From an uncultured delta proteobacterium (GTDB taxonomy: Bacteria; Desulfobacterota; Binatia; UBA9968): a stretch of 64,000 nt of DNA. The stretch lies in contig CAWJZV010000026.1 in NCBI GenBank assembly GCA_963847445.1, positions 90,753 to 154,752 of the forward strand. Reading direction: 5' to 3'. A model generated the notes under the pieces. It made no database searches and was not told where the DNA came from. It saw nothing but the letters and a program-made list of their open reading frames with translations. This document shows positions 55,167-64,000 of this stretch, one piece after another (positions within the stretch are counted from its first letter, which is position 1; every line of letters starts with the position of its first letter). The translations under genes were made by a program, and so were the position numbers.

Positions 55167-56441
55167 CTAATGGCTCGCCGTGAGGCTTTTGATTTTGCAC
55201 TCGTCTTTGAAATCGCCGAGTAACGTCAAAGTTATCGCTTCGGGACGAAACAGGCGGTTCGCTAAAGTCGCGACATCGTCGCGCGTCACCGCGCGGATGC
55301 TCCGGCAAATCTCGTCGGTGGGCACCATCTTGCCGAAATAGATCTCATTGCGGGCCACATGGCTCATCCACGAATCGGTGGACTCCAACCCCAACATCAT
55401 ACTGCCCACCAGTTGGCCCTGGGTGCGGCGCAGTTCGTCGTCGGTGATGCCGTCTTTCGCGAGCTTGCTCAATTCAGCCAGGATCAGCTCAACTACTTCT
55501 TCGGTGGCATCGACATTGGTGCCGGCATAGACGCCGAGATAACCAACATCGATGTAGGACGACGAGAAAGAATAAACCGAGTAGGCTTTGCCACGCTTCT
55601 CGCGGATCTCTTGGAACAAGCGCGAGCTCATGCCGCCACCGAGCAAGGTGTTGAGCACGTAAGCCGGATATCGCTGCGGATCGGCTTGCGCAATACCGGC
55701 CATGCCCAAGCATATATGGGCCTGTTCTAATTCTTTCGAATGGGGATAAACCCCGCTACCCATCTCCGGCTTGCGCTCGCCGTCGAGCAAGCCGCCCTGG
55801 GCGGCGCCGCGATCGCTCACCTGGCCGAGTCTGGCGGCCATTTCCTTGACCAATTCGTCATGGCCGATTTTGCCGGCCGCTGCGACGATCACCCGGCGCG
55901 GCTGATAGCGCGCCTTGAAGAAGTTGAGAAAGTCTTCGCGCTGAAAATGGTTAACCGTCGCTTCGCGGCCGCAAATCGGCCGGCCGATCGGATGATCTTT
56001 AAAGAAGTCGACACTGAAAAGGTCATGGACATAATCGTCCGGGGTGTCTTCCGCCTGGGAGATTTCTTGCAGGATCACCGAGCGTTCGCGTTCGATCTCC
56101 TCGGCATCGAAACTCGAATGGAGAAAAATATCGCTCAGCAGGTCGATGGCCAGCGGCAGGTTTTCGTCGAGAACCTTGGCGTAGTAACAGGTATGCTCTT
56201 TGGACGTAAAAGCATTGATCACGCCGCCGACGGCGTCCATCTCCTCGGCAATCTGCGCCGCCGTGCGCCGCTCGGTGCCTTTGAAGAGTAAATGCTCGAT
56301 GAAATGTGAGATGCCGTTCTCGGCATCGCTCTCATGCCGCGAGCCGTTCTCGACCCAGATGCCGAGACTCACCGAACGATGGTCCTGCATCTCGTGGGAG
56401 ACCACGCGGATGCCGTTGTCGAGAACCGTCTTCGCAAACAT
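55167..56441 (-). CDS. M16 family zinc peptidase
   Basis: HFIEH inverted zinc motif, NAFTSKE, SSRLFQEIREKRG; typical position after pnp. Confidence 0.95.
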   Translation of the reverse strand: MFAKTVLDNGIRVVSHEMQDHRSVSLGIWVENGSRHESDAENGISHFIEHLLFKGTERRTAAQIAEEMDAVGGVINAFTSKEHTCYYAKVLDENLPLAIDLLSDIFLHSSFDAEEIERERSVILQEISQAEDTPDDYVHDLFSVDFFKDHPIGRPICGREATVNHFQREDFLNFFKARYQPRRVIVAAAGKIGHDELVKEMAARLGQVSDRGAAQGGLLDGERKPEMGSGVYPHSKELEQAHICLGMAGIAQADPQRYPAYVLNTLLGGGMSSRLFQEIREKRGKAYSVYSFSSSYIDVGYLGVYAGTNVDATEEVVELILAELSKLAKDGITDDELRRTQGQLVGSMMLGLESTDSWMSHVARNEIYFGKMVPTDEICRSIRAVTRDDVATLANRLFRPEAITLTLLGDFKDECKIKSLTASH

Positions 56442-56455
56442 AGCAGTAAGAAACC

Positions 56456-58564
56456 TTACTGCCGCGGCGCTTCGGCGCCGCCGGCCAGCTCTTCGAGGGC
56501 GTCTTTGCGGCTGAGGCGAATCTTGCCTTGTCTATCGATCTCCAAGACTTTGACCATCACTTCGTCGCCCTCTTTGAGCACGTCGCTCACTTTGTTCACC
56601 CGCCCGGGCGCCAGTTGGGAAATATGCACCAAGCCGTCGGTGCCCGGCATAATTTCGACGAAGGCGCCGAACTCGACGACCTTGCGCACCGTGCCCCTGT
56701 AGATTTTGCCGATCTCCGCTTCGGCGGTGATGGCCTGAACCATTTCGATGGCTTTGCGCGCCGCGGCTTCGTCCGACGACGCGATCGTCACCGAACCGTC
56801 GTCTTCAACATCCATCTTGACGCCGGTGGCTTCAATGATGCCGCGGATGACTTTGCCGCCGGGACCGATGATTTCGCGGATCTTTTCCGGCTTGACGTGA
56901 ATCGTGATGATGCGTGGCGCGTGGCCGGACACCTCGCTCCGCCCCGCCGACAGCGTCTGGTTCATGATGCCGAGAATATGCATGCGGCCTTCTTGAGCCT
57001 GACGCAGCGCTTGACCCATGATCGCGCGGTTGACGCCGCTGATCTTGATATCCATCTGCAACGAGGTCACGCCTTCGGCCGTGCCGGCAACTTTAAAATC
57101 CATGTCGCCCAAGTGATCTTCGTCGCCGAGGATGTCGGAAAGTATCCGGACATGCTCGCCTTCCTTGATCAAGCCCATGGCGATGCCCGCCACCGGCGCT
57201 TTCAACGGCACACCGGCATCCATCATCGACAACGAACCGCCACACACGCTCGCCATCGAGGTCGAACCGTTGGATTCTAGAACTTCTGAAACTATGCGAA
57301 TAGTGTAAGGAAAGTTTTGGTCGACGGGAAGCACGGGGAGTAGCGCCCGCTCGGCGAGATTGCCATGGCCGATCTCACGTCGGCCGGGGCCGCGCAGGAA
57401 TTTCACTTCGCCGACGCTATACGGCGGGAAGTTGTAGTGCAGCATGAATTTTTTGAAATGCTCACCCATCAAGGCATCGACCCGCTGCTCGTCGGAAGCA
57501 GTGCCCAGCGTGGTGACGACCAACGCTTGAGTCTCACCACGCGTGAAGATCGCCGAGCCATGAGCGCGCGGCAACGCCTCCACTTCGCAACTAATCGGCC
57601 GGATATCTTTCAAGCCGCGGCCATCGATGCGCCGCTCCTGATGAATCACCAGACCGCGGAAAACATTTTTCTTGAGCTCTTCGAAAGAACCCTTGATATC
57701 TTTTTGCTTATCGGGGAACTCGGCCAACGCCGCCGGCACTACTTCGCTCTTTACCTCCGCGATTCGTTTGTAGCGTTCGAGCTTTTCGGGAATTTCCAGC
57801 GCCTGTTGCAGCTTGGCCAGGGCTAGATCTTCGATGCGCTTGCTAACCGCATGGTTGAGCTCGGCCAACGGCACATGGCGCTTGGGCTTGCCGATGGCTT
57901 GGCGAAGTTCTTCTTGGAGTTGCAGCAAAGGCTGGATTGCTTCATGACCGGCGAACAGCGCTTCGAGAATCTCTTCTTCCGGAACGATCTGGGCGCCGCC
58001 TTCGACCATGACGATGGCGTCCTTGCTGCCGGACATGAAAATATCCATGTCGCTGTCAGCCAATTGAGTTTGCGTCGGGTTCATCACCCATTTGCCATCG
58101 ATGCGGCCGATGCGTATGCCGGCGAGCGGGCCGTTAAACGGAATGTCCGAGATATGCAACGCCACCGAAGTGCCCAACATGGCAATCACGTCGGGATCGT
58201 TTTCCTTGTCGACCGATAACACCGTGGCGATAACCTGAGTCTCGCAGCGCAACCCCTCAGCGAACAGCGGGCGGATCGAACGGTCGATGATCCGGCAGGT
58301 TAGAATCTCGGTTTCCGAAAGGCGGCCTTCACGCTTGAAGAATCCGCCTGGGATCTTACCGGCAGCAAAGGCCTTCTCCTGATAGTCAACGGTCAACGGA
58401 AAAAAATCCATGTCGGATTTGAGCTCTTTAGCCGCCACTGCGGTCACGAGCACGACAGTCTCGCCATACTGAACTAAGGCGGCGCCATCGGCCTGCTTAG
58501 CCAAACGGCCAATTTCGATGGACAAGGGTCGCCCATGAAAATCCATTTCGACTTTCTTGATCAT
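56456..58564 (-). CDS. pnp: Polyribonucleotide nucleotidyltransferase
   Basis: [31 protein letters not shown] and S1 domains. Confidence 0.99.
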   Translation of the reverse strand: MIKKVEMDFHGRPLSIEIGRLAKQADGAALVQYGETVVLVTAVAAKELKSDMDFFPLTVDYQEKAFAAGKIPGGFFKREGRLSETEILTCRIIDRSIRPLFAEGLRCETQVIATVLSVDKENDPDVIAMLGTSVALHISDIPFNGPLAGIRIGRIDGKWVMNPTQTQLADSDMDIFMSGSKDAIVMVEGGAQIVPEEEILEALFAGHEAIQPLLQLQEELRQAIGKPKRHVPLAELNHAVSKRIEDLALAKLQQALEIPEKLERYKRIAEVKSEVVPAALAEFPDKQKDIKGSFEELKKNVFRGLVIHQERRIDGRGLKDIRPISCEVEALPRAHGSAIFTRGETQALVVTTLGTASDEQRVDALMGEHFKKFMLHYNFPPYSVGEVKFLRGPGRREIGHGNLAERALLPVLPVDQNFPYTIRIVSEVLESNGSTSMASVCGGSLSMMDAGVPLKAPVAGIAMGLIKEGEHVRILSDILGDEDHLGDMDFKVAGTAEGVTSLQMDIKISGVNRAIMGQALRQAQEGRMHILGIMNQTLSAGRSEVSGHAPRIITIHVKPEKIREIIGPGGKVIRGIIEATGVKMDVEDDGSVTIASSDEAAARKAIEMVQAITAEAEIGKIYRGTVRKVVEFGAFVEIMPGTDGLVHISQLAPGRVNKVSDVLKEGDEVMVKVLEIDRQGKIRLSRKDALEELAGGAEAPRQ

Positions 58565-58630
58565 AGAAAAATCCTCTGAAGGGAGATGGATGTAACGGAG
58601 GAGTGGGAACGGCGGGCGACCGGCTAGAAG

Positions 58631-58900
58631 CTACTTGCGTATTCCAAGGCGCTGGATCAAGCTTTGATATCTCTCGAAGCTATTCTTTCTGAGATAGTCC
58701 AAAAGCCGCCTCCGCTGCCCAACCATCATTAGGAGGCCACGACGAGAGTGGTGATCCTTCACATGAACCTTGAAGTGCCCGGTGAGATGTTCGATACGCT
58801 GGCTTAACAGCGCGACTTGCACTTCAGGTGAGCCGGTGTCCGTCTGATGAACCCTGAACTGTTCGACCTGACCTTGTTTCTGTTGTCCAGTGATTCCCAT
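58631..58900 (-). CDS. rpsO: 30S ribosomal protein S15
   Basis: [26 protein letters not shown]. Confidence 0.98.
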   Translation of the reverse strand: MGITGQQKQGQVEQFRVHQTDTGSPEVQVALLSQRIEHLTGHFKVHVKDHHSRRGLLMMVGQRRRLLDYLRKNSFERYQSLIQRLGIRK

Positions 58901-59202
58901 TGCTTCGCTCTGCTTCTCTCTTTCTTTCCTTTTTAGTTTTAAAATTTCTACCATACCGAGTCTACGTTGTAAAGTAGACCTTCAGAAACTGCCCCTTATT
59001 GCTCCCCAATGACGCTGGCCCCGCGATGTCGTGGAAATTGCGGCTTCGCGACGATGAATCCGGGCAGGCGCAGTGCTTTCCGGCCGCTATCCGGCAACAA
59101 CCACAAGCATCGCTGCGAATTTTTGCAAATGTCCCGATATGGACGATTGAATTATTTAAGTATCTCCGCCACCGCTTTTATGCTACTCTGCCACAAAGTC
59201 TC

Positions 59203-59812
59203 GTGAAACTTCTCACCGCATATTGTGCCGGCGTCCTGCTCCAGCTGGCACTCGCCGGGCCATGTTTAAGCACCGAGTATTATCGTTGGGTCGACGGCAA
59301 CGGGGTGTTGCACATTACCGATAATCTTCACAATGTGCCACCCAACCAGCGCCCCAACGCCGGCCGCATTCAGGCCCCAAACCCACCCCGGCAGGCAGAT
59401 GCAGAGAAAAAACCTCGACCCAGCAATAAAGCCTCGGTGCCAATGGAAAAACATGGCTCGGTGGCGCTGGTCCAGGCGACTTTGAACAATAAACGCGCGG
59501 TCAAATTCGTCGTCGACACCGGCGCCAGCTACACGCTGATTTCCAATGCGGTTGCCTACGATCTCGGCATCGAACTCGGCGCCAATCCCAAGACCATGCC
59601 CTTCCAAACCGCGAATGGCTTGATCAACGCACCGATCACCAACATCGAGTCGATCTCCATCGGCGGCTTGGAGATTCGCAATCTCGCCATCGCCATCCAC
59701 GACGCCGTCCCCGACCCGCGAAGTCGCCGGCCTGCTCGGGCTAAATTTTTTGAGCAACTTTAAGCTGGATATCGATACCCAGAAGGGATTTCTGCATTTG
59801 GAGAAGAAGTAG
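59203..59812 (+). CDS. Secreted clan AA (retropepsin-like) aspartyl protease with DUF4124-like N-terminal domain, frameshift near 59722
   Basis: YRWVDGNGVLHITD, FVVDTGASYT, TANG; C-terminal GLLGLNFL...HLEKK* in another frame. Confidence 0.85.
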
Positions 59813-59944
59813 CCGCGCCATTCGCCGAACTCAGCGCGAGCAATATTCATTGACGCCCCGCCCAAAATTCCCGTTGTCAAAGTAAGTATTGAGCCCTAAC
59901 CGACAAAAGAAATTCACCGTAATTGATGACCAATCCTAAAAAGT

Positions 59945-60189
59945 CCCCTCTCCCCTTGCGGGAGAGCGCTAGGGTGAGGGGAATTCAATTGCGCACCCTC
60001 ACCTCTGTCCTCCCGTCAGAGCCGGTGTCGTAACTGTCATGCCGAGGCCCTTCGGCTTCGCTCAGGATAAACTCCGCCGAGGAATCTCGCCTTCGTAAGT
60101 GGCAGAAAAGACGAAGTCCCCTCGCTCCGCTCGGGATGACAAGAAGGAGAGATTTCCGCATTGTGACACAGTCTGTCGAGACAGAGGTT
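59945..60189. repeat. Nested palindromic repeat cluster
   Basis: cccctctccccttgcgggagag...gggtgagggg / ccctcacc; gagccggtgtcgtaa...ttgtgacacagtct; inner tgtcatgccgag...ctcgggatgaca. Confidence 0.7.
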
Positions 60190-60357
60190 GTCACTCCGGT
60201 GATCACCGTGCTGGCTTGTATTCATCGCTCCTACCACCTGACATTCACCAACGGTCTTCTAATAAAGAATGTCGGGATACGGTTTGACACGGACAAAAAC
60301 CTTAAGAGCCACCCGCGGCAGTGTACAAGGCGTGTACGCTCGTCTAGGATAACGGCT

Positions 60358-61333
60358 ATGCTAGACAACTTCCTGCAGATTCTTCCAGAGGTAATTTTCG
60401 ACGCCGCCGAGAAATTGGGCGGGCGTTGCACGGGCCGTTTCTACGCGCTCAATGCGATGGAAAATCGCGTGTACGACATCGAGATGGAAGAAGGCCCCCA
60501 CGTCGTCATCAAATTTTACCGCCCCGGCCGCTGGAGCCGCGCCACGATTCAGGCCGAGCACGACTTCCTGAAGGCCCTCGAAAAAAGCGAAATTCCCGTC
60601 GTCTGCCCACTCACGGACAACAAGGGACAAAGTGTTTTCGCAATCAACGAAGTGATGTTCACGATCTTCCCGAAGCGTCCGGGACGACTGGAGCCGGAAC
60701 TGAATACGGAACAGCTCACGCGCCTGGGAAGGTTCATGGCTCGCCTTCATAACGTCGGGGCGACGGTAAAAGGCGCGCCCCGTTTACGGCTTGATCCGCA
60801 AACTTACGGGCGCGATCCGTTGAAGTTCTTAACAGACGGAAACTTCATTCCGCTGCAACTCGCAAGTCGCTTCGAAATCATCGTTACGCAAATTTGCGAT
60901 GCCATTACTCCTCGTTTCGCGGACGTCGAGCTACGTTCTGCTCCACGGCGATTGCCACTCGGGAAATATTTTGTGGAATCGAGACGATCCCTACTTCATC
61001 GATTTCGACGACATGCTCTACGCGCCTCCCGTTCAAGACATCTGGATGCTCACCGGCGGAGATGACGACTACGGCAAAGAGCGAAGGCAGATCTTGCTCG
61101 AAGCCTACGAACAGTTCAGAACTTTCGACATGACGACCATGCAACTCATCGAGCCGCTGCGGGCGCTGCGCATGATTCACTTTTCCGCATGGATCGCGCG
61201 CCGCTGGGAAGACAGCGCTTTCAAAATGGGGTTTCCTGACTTCGGCACCGAGCGCTATTGGCAGGAGCAAATCGAAGGGCTGGCACTGCAATTGGAAAAA
61301 GTGCAATACCAAATCACCGATCTCTACCATTGA
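60358..61333 (+). CDS. srkA: Stress response Ser/Thr kinase SrkA (RdoA/YihE), frameshift near 60930
   Basis: LNAMENRVY, KFYRPGRWS, EHDF, LHGDCHSGN, IDFDD, PVQDIWML, IARRWED. Confidence 0.9.
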
Positions 61334-61648
61334 ACACGGCCATTTTTGCCGAAGATTCTTAGCTTTTCCCCGACGTATCGCACAATATTTCACTCCCCCG
61401 GCAGAGTAAACCAACTAGAATACACCCCGGCCACCGAGTGAAACTTGCTACACCGAGTGCATGCTCAAAAGTTGAGAGTATTAGAGCGGTTTCGCGGGCG
61501 CCGAGCATTAACCTGTCTCATACATTAGCGAGCTCGCTCGACAAAACCGGCGACGATGCGAGTGAGCTAGGCACCGACAAGGTTAACCAGTCAGTTTTAG
61601 ACGTGCTCGTAGTGGCCTTGCTGCTTGGTTGCCAAATGATAAATCCCT

Positions 61649-62522
61649 TCATTCCGCCCTCCGGATAACGACCACCGAAGCCCAGCAGTTCATCGCCCGG
61701 CAGTGTGGCAACATCGTGGAGTTGCACGCGGCCGCCGACCGCTTGCAGCAATCGCACCCCTGCAGCGGTGTGGACAAATCCTTTGGCGCGCAGCGCGCCG
61801 ATGGCCCGAAAGCGCGCGACCAGCGACGTTTCATCGACGCCGGCCTCGACCGTGACCACCTCGCTGGTAAACCGCTCGTGCCTGTGCGGCCCCGCAGCGC
61901 CGCCACCGCGGCGGCGCTGGCCGCGCAGGTCCTTAGGGTCAGGCGGGAAAAATACTGAGGCATCCACTTGGCCATGACTGCTGCGCACCATCGGCGCGTC
62001 CGGCTCGATCGCACGCAAACAAGCTTCGATTGCCGGTAGCGCACTGTCGGGCACTAGATCGACTTTGTTGAGCACAAGCAGATCCGCAGAGGTGAGTTGG
62101 TACTCGAAGGTTCCCGCGAGATCGCGCTGCTCCAGCACTTGCTCGGCATTGACGACCACCACCGCAAGGTCGTCGGCGATCCACGACCGCACCGGCCCAC
62201 GCCAAAGATTCACCTGGGTGTCACCGGGGAGGGCCACCCCCGAGGTCTCGATAATAATCTGGTCGGGATTCACTTTCTGCCGCAGCATCTCCAACGTGAC
62301 GACCAGCTCGTCCGAGAGCTGGCAACAAACGCACCCGCCATCGAGCTGGACCACCGCCGGCCCGCCGGCACCGAGCAGCGCCTGATCAATGCCGAGCGCG
62401 CCATACTCGTTGGAGATGACGGCGACGCGCTTGGCGTTGCGCTTAGCCTCGGCAAGCAGCCAGCGAACGAGCGAAGTCTTTCCGGCGCCAAGGAAACCAG
62501 AGACCAGCAGGATCGGGATCAC
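61649..62522 (-). CDS. CobW/COG0523 family metal-chaperone GTPase, frameshift near 61680
   Basis: GFLGAGKT, GCVCC, ETSG, NKVD, LRAKG. Confidence 0.9.
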
Positions 62523-62587
62523 AGATGAAGAGTGAACTCTGTTGATTTGGGATGCAAGGCGATGAGATCCTTGGGTGATTGTTATAG

Positions 62588-63908
62588 TTACGAGAAATCA
62601 GCCCCGACCACGGCTAGAATCGGACAGCCATTTCTTACGCAGCCGACGTCATTCCAAATTCTAACACGCAAAGACCGACACTGCGTTTCACGAAGTGGTA
62701 ACGTCCCGTGGCTCGCGCGGACAACGCCCGCCTGCTCAAGTTCGCCGATCTCGCTGTCGCTACAGCCGATGCCATGGAGGACTTCAACGGTATGCTCGCC
62801 TAACACCGGCGCAAAGTGGCGAAAGGTCGGCGGCGTGGCCGATAAGCGGAACGGCGACGAAAGTTGCCGCACTTTTCCCTCCAGCGGATGATCCAGCTCC
62901 AGCACCATGCCGCGCGCCTTGGCAAACGGTCCTTCCAGCACCTCGTCGAATTCCAGCATCGGGACGACCGCGATCTCCTTGGGGATAAGCGTCCAGCCAT
63001 TCGTCGCGTGTCTTGGTCAGCATATGCGCCTTGACCTTGCGAATGCGCTCCTCGTCGCCGAACGGCATCTTATCGCGCATTTCCGGCAGCCCAACCGCGT
63101 CGCAGAAGGGCGCCCAAAAATGCGCCTGCGCCGATGCCGCGCTGCTCAAGTATTTGCCGTCTTTGCATCGAAGATTGCCGATGCTTGGGAAACCGCGCTT
63201 GCGCACGCTCTTTTTGCGGAAGTAGTCGGGTACGTTGGCATTCACGAACGCCGTGCCGCCTTCCACCAGGGCGATGTCGACCTGTTGACCGCGTCCGGTT
63301 TGCTCCCGCGCCCAGAGAGCGGCTTGGATCGATATCACCGCCAATGCAGCAGAATAGCTGTCCACAGGCTGGAAAAGCATGTCCGCGGGCTCGCCGTCCT
63401 GCCCCGTCGTTAACGCGCTCACCCCGGACATCCCCTGGGCGTTGCGCTCGTTGCCGGGCCATTCGGTAAAGCTGTTACCGAAGCCGTAACCGCTGAGCGT
63501 GGCGTAGATCAAGCGCGGGTTGATCTTGCTAAGCGTCTCGTAGTCGGCGCCCAGACGTTTGTAAACACCGAGACGAAAGGAACCGAAGAAAACATCTGCG
63601 TCCGCGACCAGCCGATGGAAGATCGCTTGGCCTTCCGGCTTCTGCAGATTGATCGCGATGCTGCGCTTGTTTCGGTGGGTGTGGTCCCAGCCATTAGACC
63701 GAGCCTCACCTTCCAGCGCATCCAGATTAACGGAGAGGTTGCCCCTCGACGCGCGGGCTGCCTGTTGATCGCGGTAGGCACTCCGGTCGGCAACGTCCTC
63801 GATTTTCAGAACATCCATGCCAAGATCGGCAAGCATCCACGTTGCCATGGGGCCTGGCACCAGCCTGGTCAGATCGAGCATGCGAAAACGTTCCAGCGGA
63901 AGCGTCAT
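62588..63908 (-). CDS. CaiB/BaiF family (type III) CoA-transferase, frameshift near 62985
   Basis: LDLTRLVPGP, LADLGMDVLKIE, RNKRSIAINL, NPRLIYATLSGYG, APVLGEHT. Confidence 0.9.
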
Positions 63909-64000
63909 CTCATTGTCCCCTTATTTCTCGTCCGTTTAGCTTGGACATGGCCGCACCGCGCACCAGCCATTTGCCGCGCTAGTGGATCCATTAATTGTGT

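Noticed and set aside
63921-64000. 3' end of another minus-strand gene upstream of the CoA-transferase
   Set aside because: Only ~80 nt are visible, too short to support a call.

Overview
GC-rich bacterial chromosomal segment. The gene content and intergenic repeat style suggest a Deltaproteobacteria-like lineage, possibly Candidatus Binatia (inference only). The left ~45 kb is an accessory or catabolic region. It holds about 10 SsuA/NMT1-type substrate-binding protein (SBP) genes with no ABC permease or ATPase in the window, and three single-barrel MetE-II-like Zn enzymes. It also holds a PhtD-like decarboxylase, cupin, crotonase, MBL hydrolase, acyl-CoA ligase, LVIVD and Kelch propellers, an MFS transporter, a TctCBA transporter divergent from comDE-like genes, several oxidoreductases, and a 1043-aa membrane-anchored coiled-coil protein built from a 78/71-aa super-repeat. 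The right part holds an HD-GYP/histidine kinase pair and the core block rpsO-pnp-M16 peptidase-dut-purB-purS-purQ-purL-purF, followed by an aspartyl protease, srkA, a CobW GTPase and a CoA-transferase. About 16 single-base frameshifts, one of them in purF, most likely reflect long-read indel errors. Many intergenic gaps carry short palindromic or tandem-arm repeat elements, some nested. No rRNA, tRNA, CRISPR array, transposase or integrase was found.
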